This document shows, one piece after another, positions 1-11,356 of a stretch of 64,000 bases of DNA. The notes beneath the pieces were generated by a model, which ran no database searches, was not told where the DNA came from, and saw only the letters and a list, made by a program, of their open reading frames with translations. Within the stretch, counting starts at the first letter, position 1; each line of letters opens with the position of its first letter. The DNA comes from Guillardia theta CCMP2712 (lineage: Eukaryota > Protista > Cryptophyta): contig NW_005434574.1 in the NCBI RefSeq assembly GCF_000315625.1, positions 215,719 through 279,718 on the forward strand. Direction: 5' to 3'. A program made the translations under genes and the position numbers.

Positions 1-13
1 CTCATGGAGATGA
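1..13 (+). CDS. 3' end (…SWR*) of a TKL kinase paralog that begins upstream of the window
   Basis: Bases 1-99 are the reverse complement of 8828-8926 with 4 mismatches. That span is the last codons (TCA TGG AGA TGA) and 3' flank of the kinase at 8914-10128. Confidence 0.75.
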
Positions 14-353
14 GGGTCACGGAAGGAGTGATTTGGCTAAGGGAGCAAGACCTTTTCTAGTGTATTTTGTGGAGAGGAACTTTTGTAATTCAGTTTTGTA
101 AGATGGTTGTTGGAATTGGGAATGACAGTGTGGTTTGCAAGTACAGAGTTGTTTACTTGTTCCATCACATGCTTCCAAGATTGCCGCTGTGTGTCACATA
201 GGCTGCTGTACCTGATACATCATCACGAGTCATGCGGCTGCTTCTCAGTCTGGCTGTATCCTGCAGCAAGTCAAGTTGCAGCCGCACTGAGCAGTTGACT
301 CGGTGACCTGACATGGCAATGTCAAATAGGTTGCGCTGAGTAGTACAGAACCA

Positions 354-790
354 ATGATTGTGCGGCGGTACGGTGATCGGTCACGCTCGGCGCCGGGACC
401 GGGAGCCTGCCCGGCCCCGGGCCCGGCGGGACCGTGGAGCCCGGGCCCGAGACCCGTCAGTGACTGCCGATGTGCTGCAACTTCAACTTACGGTACTCGG
501 ACCTGGCAACCGAACGCCGTGACGCTGAGTCCCGACTGGGGCGGGAGCCGGGACTCCGGGAGGCCCCCCGGGCCCCGCACTGCCCGGCCGCCGCCGCGAG
601 TCACGCCGGTGCCGACTCTCACGGTGTGCTGGCAAGTACTGATGACCCGGATGTGAGCCTAAGGACGCCGCGACCCAACCGTGAACCGTCGTGACCGTCG
701 CCGTTTCGGATGTCACGCCGAAGTTTCTCGGAACCGTTGAACCGTCACCGTGCCTGGCAGCTCCGCAGTACGGTAGCCCAGTGTGCGGAC
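354..790. repeat. GC-rich palindromic-word island
   Basis: Very GC-rich mosaic of CCGGGCCCGG, GAGTCAC/GTGACT and ACGGTA words. The ORFs here are low-complexity and non-credible. Confidence 0.6.
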
Positions 791-1093
791 AGCCTGAATC
801 AGAGGATTTATTCGAATAAATGCAGAAAACCATTGTTCTCGGCTGGATTCTAATCGAAACAAATCGTTGGATTGTTGAAGCGACGATGGCAACCCTGAGC
901 TGTGAGTGGTGGTGCCCAGGAGAGTCGGGGAGGAGAAGAAGAGGAGAGGGATAGATGGGAGAGCGCGAGCAAGAGAGATACATGCAGGGAAGAGGAGAGG
1001 GAGCGGGAGAGGCAGGGAGGGGCAGGGAGGGGCAGGGAGAGGGGAGGGAAGGGCTGGTCAAAAACAGAAATCACCGCTCACTGTCGATCTCAT

Positions 1094-2200
1094 ATGAACA
1101 CAGGCAGCAACTGTAGTTTGACCTACTTCGTCTGGATCGTGTGGTTTTGTCATGCTGTTTTCAACCTCGTCTTCATAGGTATGCAGCTTTGATTTGCCGA
1201 AATTGGTTGATGACATTTTCCTGCGCTTCAGGCTGTGCTATCAAGTCGGTATGTTTCATTTTATGCTCGCGTTTCCTTGATCCTACAATTTGTCGTCGGC
1301 ATGACTCGTTTCATTCAAATTCTCAGTACCAAAGATATCATCAAGTTCAGGTATTCCCTCTTGATTTTCTGAAATCCAATGGATGACCCTGTTTGTAGCA
1401 ATTTCGCGATTTCCTGGGCGTAATTATCCTCATGTTCTCAGAAGGAGATTCTTGCACATTGTTTGACATGTTATAGCCCTGCATTGCTTTCGATCATGTA
1501 CCTTACATACTCGGTCATCTACCTCTTAGGAAGATATCTGAAGTCGACCAGGCATGTTTGCTTTCTTTCTCAACTGTGCTTAAAGCTTCACCTGTCACAG
1601 TTTTCATGCTGGATGGATTTCCGCGGGTTCTTTCTTCCTCATATTTCAGCACATGGTGCTGGGAGACTCTCACTCCACGCTCCGATTCCTCGCTGACAGT
1701 GTTCATACAGACATACGTGGTGTGGTCAGTGACCATACTTTGCCAGTGAGCATTTGACTGCCGATGTGAACTAACAGGAGCTGACGTCTTGACTTTGCAG
1801 TAGCGGAAGCTCAGGTATAGATTCTTCTGCACTCTCGGCCCGGATGTGAACTATGGATTGAAGAGGCCGTGTGCGACCAAACCATGTACGCAAGTTTGGG
1901 TACGTGATAGCTCCTCAACCCACGTAACCTAAAAACAAACTTTTGCGCAGTGTTTGCAGGATTTGCAATGGGCTCGGGATCACTCTTTTTCTTGTTGTTC
2001 ACATTCTATCACTTCAAGTAATGCTATTGTCTCTTCCACTTGTCTCTTTCTCAACTCCTCTTTGTTTTCTGACTAATCCAACACCTGCCCTACCTTCTCT
2101 CTTTCCTTGACTTCCTTCTTCCCGACCTCCTTTCTTCACACTTTGCATTTGCAGGTATGTCGAATCGAGCGACGGCGTAAGTAGAAGCTATGCCATGAAG
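1094..2200 (+). CDS. Putative multi-exon hypothetical gene (micro-exons; boundaries approximate)
   Basis: ATG at 1094 with a hydrophobic first exon (MNTGSNCSLTYFVWIVWFCHAVFNLVFI). A series of ~50-nt GT/GC-AG spacers follows (e.g. 1179-1231). No recognisable domain. Confidence 0.3.
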
Positions 2201-2879
2201 TACTTTTGCTCTAATATCCCAAGCTGCTTACACTTTGATCAGATCCATGGGGGGAGTTCCACGATCGGATGCAATATGACGACAGATAGACCTGCATCTT
2301 TGTCCTTATGTCATGTATGATTTGCTCAACACTCTGTCTGCCAGATATAACCAAATGCGGCACAAAGAGATCGACTGTATAAATGGTTTAATTCCCCTCA
2401 ATCCAGCGAACTAGAAGGACGATTCCTAATAGAATCAAGAATCCAATAAGAGCTACACTTTGATGAGAAAGATCAAAGCCGAGAACCTGTCAGGCAAAGT
2501 CAGATCAAAGAACCCTGTGCCAACAAATCCCTTTGAACTTACCGAAAGCAAACTATCCTTTCTTTCCACTCTTACACCAGTAGGCCGCGATAGTGGAGTT
2601 CGGCTCACTCGGTGAACCTGGTCAACGATGGTCACATGTATGGAATTCCCCCTCTTGTGAGAAGAGCTGCCTTGCTACAACCAGACTGCTTTAGTACCTT
2701 GCTGGATTTTCTACCAAACTTTCATATCATGTCTCACCCAGAGCAATGGCGTGAGAGTCACTGAGTCACTCAGAAACGTAGAAAACTCATCTGCTAATCA
2801 ACGTTTCCTCATCGTCTCTTTCCTCGTCCTCGTCCTCGTCTCCCTCCCCCCTCGTCCTCCTCAAGGCTCACCGGCGCAC

Positions 2880-3298
2880 GTTGCCTCAGGCTACTGTCAT
2901 CCATGGTTGATTGGAGGCTAGCTAATCACCCGGCGTTGCCTCGCATGATCGGCGCCGGCCGCAAGTGCGGCCGCCCGGCCGCCCGGCGGCCGGGCGCGGG
3001 CCATTCCGAAGTTCCGCCGGACTGCCTCCGCCCGGACACTGCGGGCCTAGCCAGGCTAGCCTGGGCCGGGCTACTAGCGGCTGAGCCGTAGTACGGTAGT
3101 CACTGACATGATCCCGGCTGACGGGCCGGCCCGACTCATGCCATCGGATGCCATCCTGGCCGCAGTCCGACGGGTGACATAGGCTGACCGTCCGACTACC
3201 GGGCTAGGTCAACTCAGTGCCGCCGGGCCCCCCGGGCCCATCATGCCGTCACAGAGTCACGGGCCCGGCCAACTTCGATAGCCGCACTAGTCATTGAC
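2880..3298. repeat. GC-rich palindromic-word island (left part; continues at 8402-8650 after the transposon)
   Basis: Same word composition as the other islands. Abrupt switch to AT-rich sequence exactly at the TIR. Confidence 0.6.
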
Positions 3299-3323
3299 CA
3301 TTCCGTTCCAATTCCCTTCTGGA
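3299..3323 (+). repeat. Left terminal inverted repeat
   Basis: 24/25 match to the reverse complement of 8377-8401. Confidence 0.9.
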
Positions 3324-3534
3324 TTTTTTCTGTTTTCGGAGGGGTCTTTTTCGTACAGGATTTTTATTTCACAGGGTAATGAAAGTTTGTACCACTAGTC
3401 TGAAATGTTTTCAGAACATTATTGCGCACAACTGTTTCCAAATATGGATTGTCAATGCTTAAAAGTATTATACATAATACAAATCTCCAAAAATAATATA
3501 GCGCCCTGCACTTCGTCTACCATTGCCCATTCGA

Positions 3535-4720
3535 ATGCGAGAGCCGGCAACGGCACGTCGGCGGAGCGTCAGAACAGCAGCGGCGAATGGCATACAGTCT
3601 CGACGAGATGCTGATGATCGACAAAGCTTTTCTGACTTAGAAGGATCTCCGTTATCTGCACCTGAATCTTTGTATGAACCGCTCTGCTTGGAAATCCAAG
3701 CAGCTCGAGAACAATCTCGTTTTGAGGTTCGATGGGTCAATCCTATTATGGATGAGCAGATTCTCCTCACACCAGGTGTAGGCTTATCATATTTTGAAGA
3801 TGATCAGGCAAGCATGAGGAGATTTGGTATCATAAAACGTCTTGTTTCGGAAACCAGCGTGGAGGTATACATCTTGTATGACAAGATACTCCTAGAAAAG
3901 GTTGATCAGAACATAACGAACCATGGTCTTGGCAACAGAAATCTACGGAAGATCATTCAATCGATGTCAGAAAGTATTTGCTATCAATCAATTTACCTTG
4001 ATGTCGTTGACATTGATATGATTGAAGATTTGGTAAATGTTCAATACCCAATTTTTCTTGATCCACATGCGCCAATGCCAAGCTTGAAAAATGTACAAGT
4101 TGTAGGACACATTTTCTTCAAGGATGGAGCGCAAAAGTCGTTCTGTGACATTTCTTACTTCAAAATGCCAAATCCTGAGAGAACAATCAGCAGATTCATC
4201 TCTGGTAATGACTCTATTTCATCCTCTGCAGCATATCTTCAAATGATTTCTGACATTGAATCGTTCAAGTTGAGCATGAAGCAATGGCTGAAATCAAGAA
4301 GCTCTGTGTATGAGAAGGCAGGAACCCGTTCTTTGGAGTTCACTTGTAATGTTTCCATCCGCAGCATACTTCGATTAGTTCCTAGGCAAATGTTCAAATT
4401 TATCAAAGTGAAAAGAACCAGTCACAATTATACTTGGGTGTTACCAGCCAATATTGTCAGCAGCAAGGTTTTCAGACAAGCTTTAGATCTGCCTTTAAAG
4501 TCAGCTCCACAACTGCAAGAGAACTTGACGCAGATTTTTCTAGGTTTTTCTCTTCTCATTCAAAGTCGATTACGCATTAACACAACGTTTCCTAGGTGGC
4601 CCAATGTACATTTCGATCAAGCGTGGCAATCTTGTGCTAGGGTTCGAAACCATTGCAAGCATTGGTGGCATGTTCGGAAAGCTTCAGTGGGATGATGCAC
4701 GAGGCAGGAAGAGGAGATAA
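3535..4720 (+). CDS. Transposon accessory protein, unknown function, possible BAH-like domain
   Basis: Long uninterrupted ORF (3523-4695; first ATG 3535). A candidate 52-nt intron at 4544-4595 would give the C-terminus GGPMYISIKRG…ARGRKRR* ending at 4720. FGIIKRL…VEVYILY…YQSIYLDVVDIDMIEDLVNV resembles a BAH beta-fold (by eye only). Confidence 0.7.
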
Positions 4721-7550
4721 GTGTAATACAGATTTATCAATGAACCTAAACCTGATGCAAGGAGATTTCTAAATGCAAACCAATTGCTCAGTTTTCTACT
4801 CATCATTTTGTGGTCTTCTTGTTCGGCTTCCTCAGCTGACCCCTCCATCATTTCGTCATAAGCACGCTTTTTTGATCCTGCAGCATTTGACTCCATCACT
4901 CCCTTTCTCCAGCAAGGTCTTCCATAAATGCGATGTCGCAACTCTAAAGCTGACATACTCAAGCATCCTAATGTAATGTTCCGCTTGGAAAGATGATAGT
5001 GAAACATTTCTGCCACATGACCGGCAGCAAGCATGTGGAAGTATACAGCACTGAATAGTTCCTTGCTTCCACACTCAACCACATACTTCACCACGAATGT
5101 GTTGATTCTTGTTGCTAAGGTTTCAACGCTTTCAGGAGTAAGCTCTGAAACATGAGTACAAGACAAAGTAGCAAGCACAGAAGACAATTCAGTGAAAATT
5201 TCTTGCCATCGCTGCCTTTCTTCCACATTTTCGTACAACAATACCAAGAGAGGTCCCATGGCCACATTCATCAAGTCATCATACTGTTTCCCTGTCATGT
5301 TTGGAAGTTGCTTCTTGTCATTGAGCTCAAGCTTGTAGTTGATTCCACTCTTGTGTAGGATACTTTGTGCGGCACTGATCCTCTTTTTCTTCTTGGCCGT
5401 GAAGAAAATACTTTTCAAGGCGCAGTGAACAATCCTCATCTTGAGATGTAACATACAAAGAACGAGGCACATACATGTCAACCCGATATCTGACAACTTT
5501 TCATGATCCCGAGACATTCCATGGTCTTGTTTCAATACAACAACCTTTTGGCCCTTCTTCAACATGCCGGAGGTCTTGCTGGATCTGATCTTTGTAATAT
5601 CTTGTCTGTTCAAGCTTTTCCCATCAAACATGCACGTATCAACGATGTTGTTTTTGCCACCATCCATCACCACGTCCTGCATCAGCCAAAACACATCTGG
5701 TCGGAGAGATCTGTCCTTGCAAAACTCATCTACTGTGGTTTCAGTTGCAACTTCGTTGATGTCGAAGATGCAATGGCGCTCCCCATTCTTCACTTTGCAA
5801 TACAAGCAACAGGCGTGGTCAGGATTCTTTTGGCTGCCACCACCTGTGCGAATATCTTCAGTTCATGTTTAACACAAAGAGTTGATGAATTACCTGACAT
5901 CCCCATGAGATCCCAAAATCCCTTCAAATCCCCACGAAAATCAATTTCTATTTCAATGACGAGATCAGGTGTGGAATTCGGATCACTGGCTGTTCTATCA
6001 CGTCCCCCAATGCAGTTCAAAACCCCATCTTTGTCCTTGTAGAAGTGAAGTCCAGCTTTGATTTTCTTGATCTCTCCGTTCTCACAAGTGACAAACAGAT
6101 CCTTCAAGATGCTTTTCAAATCAAAACCATAGACATTCCACAGATTCTTGTCAATATTCTCGATAGTGTCCTTCAGGTACAACAACAAGAAAGAGATATA
6201 TGAAGCAGGCGAATTCATTCTGGTCTCCTGGTCAAACATAGAGTTTGCAACGTCAACCGCCTTGTTCCACACAGCTATGAGATTCATTGCAAACTCTGTC
6301 TGTTCTGTACCTGACTGAGCTGATGATCCCAATCTCGTGCTATCGAAACAGAGGGAAAGCACCAAGAATTCTACAAGGTACATGTTTGGATCTTCTCGCG
6401 CAAGCTTCATGAACAACAGTTCGAGCAATTTGAGAATGGAAGCACCATGTCCGCCAGGAAGTTCATTGATTCCGTCCACCATGTCAGTCACAAGCTTCTT
6501 CTGCTTGGCTCTCGAAGTACTGATAGAAGATGTACTTCCAAATATTTTGACTCCGCATTTTTTCATCATGTCATAAACGAATTTCAAAGATTTGTGTGTC
6601 AGCTGTTGACCCATAGTCAAGAGACCAACTTCATCCACGTTGGGAGCTATTGCATCATACAAGCTCTGGATGGCTTTTTTGACTTTGCGATTTCTCTCAC
6701 AACGGCTGTCCAAATTCGGTGCAATTGCGTGAGCATATCCTGTCAAAAAATTTTCGAAATGAAACAATGAATCCGGATTTTGCCTCAACGTGGAAAGATG
6801 GCCGAATGCCTTTCCAGCCTGACTAGAGCCATTAAGCCCAGACATCTGACGAATACCTTTTGACAACAAAGCAGATAATGACCCAACCTCGGAGAAAATG
6901 TCTTTGAGAATTTTTTCCTTCCGATACTCGAACTCCTTGGGGATATCTTCGACATTCATGGGGCACTTATCATTGGGATAATTGGCTTTCCAAATGTCTT
7001 CGAACGTCAAGTTCAAAATTCTGTCTACGTTTGGCAACAACTCTTTCAGCGCCATATTTTCCCTAGTAAGCATTTCCTTTTCATACTGTAGCTGATTCAC
7101 CTGACATGACAGACTGAAATATCCCTGTATGGTACTGCCGACAACAGATGCTGGTGAAAACAAATATCCATTTCCAACAAAGCTCATAAATGTGCTGACA
7201 TCTGGTCTACCTTTGCAATCAAGGAAGCCTTCCATCCAAGCAAAGTACTCTACTCCCCTCCAGGTTTTCAGGTCCCATGACGGCAAACGACGGTCTGGCC
7301 TTGGACTGATCTGGTTCAAAGTCGAGGCAACCTGAGGGCTATCCAAATTCATTGGATAGAATTGATGGATGTTTTCCATATCTTGACAATGCAAAGGTCG
7401 ACGATAGAAGCATGGATGGACTCGGAAAGGATCGAAGTTTTCTGCGCGGCATGATGATTGAGAAAACAAGTTTTGCACAAAAACATGAGTTTGTTGGTGG
7501 ATTTTGTCCGGGAAAACTTTGTTGAGAAGCACAGGTTTCCACCATTCCAA
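4684..7550 (-). CDS. DDE transposase (Transib/RAG1/Chapaev-like), two exons joined across intron 5844-5893
   Basis: Removing a 50-nt GTAATT…GCACAG intron fuses ORFs 5790-7550 and 4684-5805 in frame. Motifs in order: LCFDST (D, 6342-6344), FRGDLK (D, 5928-5930), CCLYC, LHLKMRI, MTGKQYDDLM, YFHMLAAGH, LGCLSMSALE (E, 4942-4944). The true start codon is uncertain. Confidence 0.85.
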
Positions 7551-8376
7551 TGAAGAGTGAGAAAAGCACCAAAGATCCTCTTTGCAGTTTCAAATTAGAG
7601 AAAAAATATTGGTTCCTGTGGCCAAACTTTTCCATCCAGGGCTGAGCACAACAATCGAAGCTTATATAATAGTAGGATCCCACCCACCCCATGATCTGTC
7701 ATTTTTCACTACCCCCTACCACCAAATTACTATTATTTTCATTAGTTGATGGGGGTTAATTATTTGGTAGGTAGGGTAGTCAACTGCGATTGTGTTTCTC
7801 CTACCCACCCTAGGAAAAGAGAGAATCGAAGGGGTACCGAGCACAATTGTGTGTTTGATGTTAGATCAGATCATGGGGGAACACAGTACAAGTTACCCTA
7901 CCCCCACATAACCTTTAGGTAGGGGTTCCATCAAATTTGATACCGGTACTGCCTATGAAAATATAAGTCTAAAGATGGGTGCTTGATAGGTATTACAGGG
8001 TTATATCTGTAATGGGGTGGGTAGTCGACCAGCGTGGTATTTTTTTTTCACCCCCCCCGACCCTTCAACAAGTGATTATAGTTCAAGCCAATCTGTACGA
8101 GATATTCTTCTTAAAATCAACTTGTTGAAGAGGTTAAAAGGGTGGAGTCCAATCCTTGCTCAAATATTTGGCCTACCCCACCTTAAGACATATGATATAA
8201 AAACAAGGGGTAGTCATCGGCTGTCTTGCCTGAGCGGACGGGTGCCTAGAAGATTCAGAAACTTTTTGGTACAAAATTTGTACGAAGGGGTCAGGACCCC
8301 TCTGGTACAAAACATGCAACGATTTGGAACAAGTATTTTAAAGCCCGTACAAACAAAATGGTCTGGTACAATAAAT

Positions 8377-8401
8377 TCCAGAAGGGACTTGGAACGGAAT
8401 G
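8377..8401 (-). repeat. Right terminal inverted repeat
   Basis: Inverted copy of 3299-3323. Confidence 0.9.
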
Positions 8402-8913
8402 ACGCCCGGCCAACCGGTATCTGGCGACATTCGCTCAAGCCAGTGCGGCGACTCCCGACACTGTGACGCCACTGTCAACCGTACTCAGGGCGGTAGCTGG
8501 CGACGGGGGCCGCTCACTGACTGAGTGAGCCTTTCCGGATCATGAGCGGCATGCCATGATGATGACACGCCAACGCCGTATGGCTCCGAGCCTTGAAAGT
8601 TGTCGGACAGCCAGTGAGATACACGGTGCCCCGAGAAAGCTTCGACTCGATTGTGACCAAGCAGCCTATAGCAACGAAGAAGATGGCCTTGAAAGTGACG
8701 TCCAAGGCTTACAAAAGGCGCTTTAAAGGCTCAAGTGTTACCCTTAACAGACAAAAATTTCACGTGAGCTCTGCTCCCTATGAGACCTAAAGACTCAGTG
8801 AAACCAAGAGGTATTTACTACAACCTGACAAAACCGAAATACAAAAGTTCCTCTCCACAAAATACACTAGACAAGGTCTTGCTCCCTTAGCCAAATCACT
8901 CCTTCCCTGACCC

Positions 8914-10128
8914 TCATCTCCATGAGAAGACACCTCTACACCCCGCACGCCTCCCTCGCCATGCCTCTACCTCCTCCAGAAGCTCCGCCGCCCTCGGCCT
9001 CTCCTTTCCCTCCCCTGCCCATGATCGCCTCATCATCCCCTGTAGCTCTCTCGGAACCCGATCGTTGAGAAGCGACGGACGGAAGTCGTGCTTGGCCGCC
9101 ATGCTGGCCACCGAGTGTCCGTCGATGTTGCAGAAGGGATGCTCCCCGGCGAAGATGTACCACATCACCAGCGAGAAAGAGTACACGTCCACCGCCGCCG
9201 TGTACTGACCCTCTCCCCGGAAGATCTCCGGCGCCATGTACCGGTACGTCCCCGTTGTGCCTGTCAGCTCCGTCGACATGAACGACTCGTCCGACAAGAA
9301 GCCGCCAGACCCCCTGCCCCCTCCCGGTGTCAGCGGCGCCTTGCCCGGGCTCAGCGGACACATGCGGCTGAGCCCGAAGTCCCCGATCTTCACCGTCCTC
9401 CCGTCCTCCGTCAGCAGCATGTTGGCCGGCTTGATGTCTCGGTGGATCACCGGCGGCTTCTGCGCGTGCAGGTACGCCAGCGCGCTCAGGATGTCCTCCA
9501 CCCACGACACTGCCCTCCTCGTCTCGGGCCGCCAGCGCCCGTCCCGTCGCGACTTCTTCTTGGCCTCGTAGTACTGCTCCAGGCTCCCCCCCGGCATCAG
9601 CTCCATCACCAGCCACGGCAGCCCGTCGTGCTCGTAGATGCCGTAGAACTCCACCACGTTCTTGTGCCGGAACGCGTGGCTCATCATGCCGATCTCCTTG
9701 AGCAGGTCCTTGCCCTCCTCGGACCGGGCGTCGAGCTTGGAGCAAAGAGTCTTGACGGCGACCTGCCTGCCGTTATAGAGGGCGCTCCTGACCTCCCCGC
9801 AGGAGCCTTGGCCGAGGACGTCACCGAAGGTGAGGGAGGATCGACGGATGGCGAAGGATCCGCAGCGGTCGATGTCATTTTGCTTGAGGATGTTATGGTG
9901 GAAGACGAGGTCAAGGAAGATGGGGCAGTCGTCCTGAAGGGAGGGTCTACGCACAAATCCAAGCTTTACATCTTCGGTATCGATTTTCATTTCCTTGGTT
10001 GGCTTTGATGGCTCAATTTGCAATTCATCTGCGTTGCATTTGGCTGGGGGCTTATCGATGGTGAATTTTTCTGAGGATTCTTTGATCTCTATTTCAAGTG
10101 TTTGTTGTGATTGTTCGCTTTGGCACAT
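8914..10128 (-). CDS. TKL-family (MLK/Raf-like) protein kinase
   Basis: LGQGSCGEV, VAVK, HRDIKPAN, DFG, GTYRYMAPE, DVYSF. Intronless 404-aa ORF. Confidence 0.92.
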   Translation of the reverse strand: MCQSEQSQQTLEIEIKESSEKFTIDKPPAKCNADELQIEPSKPTKEMKIDTEDVKLGFVRRPSLQDDCPIFLDLVFHHNILKQNDIDRCGSFAIRRSSLTFGDVLGQGSCGEVRSALYNGRQVAVKTLCSKLDARSEEGKDLLKEIGMMSHAFRHKNVVEFYGIYEHDGLPWLVMELMPGGSLEQYYEAKKKSRRDGRWRPETRRAVSWVEDILSALAYLHAQKPPVIHRDIKPANMLLTEDGRTVKIGDFGLSRMCPLSPGKAPLTPGGGRGSGGFLSDESFMSTELTGTTGTYRYMAPEIFRGEGQYTAAVDVYSFSLVMWYIFAGEHPFCNIDGHSVASMAAKHDFRPSLLNDRVPRELQGMMRRSWAGEGKERPRAAELLEEVEAWRGRRAGCRGVFSWR

Positions 10129-11356
10129 ATTTGTCTGGATTTCAGCTGGCCTTACTAGATGTTGTCTTTGTTGTTGATGATGATTGTGTTCATACTTTGA
10201 TCTTCAACTTGCTGTCACTTCCGACACTGTCAATCTATGATGCTGGCGGAGCTCTTCCTTGTGTACGCGCTGTATGACTTGGTTTGGGCCAGAACGAAAA
10301 GTTTCGAAGGGGGTATTTTGTGTGTAAAAGGAAGGGGTAGTGTTGCGAGGTTAATCTCAAACGCATGTACCAAATTTACAACACATCTGGTGAATTTACT
10401 GATCTCAAAGGGACCCCTAAAAGGGGTGGTCAGGGAGTGCCATGGGGGGTACGAGTTCTCATTGAAGTTAACCACGACCCTTGACTTTAAAGCGGTGCAT
10501 GGGACGTGAGCGATTGAAAGCCCTTTCAGTCACGTACGACTGTGGGATAGGCTGTAACCGCTATGTAACGGAGAAAAAGTTAACCTTCAAGCGCAAAGGC
10601 TTCCTCTTTGAAGCCATCACCTACCCATAGATTCAAGCACTTCAAGGGGAAAAAGGGTGGGTGGTCTATCCCACCTTCTTTCTCGGCCGGATTTAGACCT
10701 GCCAACGGTAAGTTCAAGATGTCTCACAGAGTCAGTCATGTGTCCGGTACCTCATAGGAAGATGACTAAAGATTTCGACTGCGAACCTTACAAAAAAAAG
10801 GAGAGAGTAGTAGTATTGGTAGCCTCTGGTAGCCTCCTCTATTCTCCTTATTGTCCTCGTACTGAGTTTTACTTAACTTTGAGTAAAGAGATTGGTGTGG
10901 ATAGAAGCCCCGGAGAACTCTTACTGGATTCAACGTGTAAAGCGACAGCACGTCGTTCAAGGTTCAACAGCAACGTAAAGAGACTTAGTGCTGTACATGG
11001 GGGACCGTTCGATGTGATTGGGTAAACAGCCTTGAAAACAGCCTGAAACCACCCTTAATGATATGTGAATCTTATCACCTTCCCTTGCGTCTGCAGGGTG
11101 TCAACAAGCTGATGAATGGCTTTCACCTCATTCACAACCCGCATCATGCTCCCATGCACCTTGATCGCACACTTCTCAGCGTTCTCCTTACCAACTTATT
11201 CACCCATGAGCTCGAGCATATCATACCACGCAGCTCCCTGACAAAGTCAACCACACTCTCTTCCCCGCTCTTCCCTTCTCAAACAAAATGGTGTATTGAC
11301 AAACATAAAGAAAAACAATCTAGAAATCACACGTATGTAAACGAAGCTATCTCAAA

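Larger units (their letters stand above)
3299..8401. mobile_element. Two-gene cut-and-paste DNA transposon, CACTA/Mirage/Chapaev-Transib/RAG1-like clade
   Basis: Left TIR 3299-3323 CATTCCGTTCCAATTCCCTTCTGGA matches the reverse complement of 8377-8401, CATTCCGTTCCAAGTCCCTTCTGGA (24/25). AC flanks both ends (3297-3298, 8402-8403). The AT-rich interior encodes a DDE transposase and a convergent ORF. Confidence 0.88.

Noticed and set aside
1094-2200. Microbial rhodopsin
   Set aside because: Hydrophobic exons are present, but no RYxxW or retinal-binding DxxxK motif could be assembled.
3535-4720. Calling the partner gene RAG2-like and the element a ProtoRAG
   Set aside because: No kelch-repeat or PHD pattern is visible. 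The TIRs start CATTCC rather than a CAC heptamer, and there is no 5-bp TSD.
3299-8401. Fanzor/TnpB cargo in the transposon
   Set aside because: No RuvC D-E-D plus zinc-finger motif set was recognised in either ORF or in 7700-8400.
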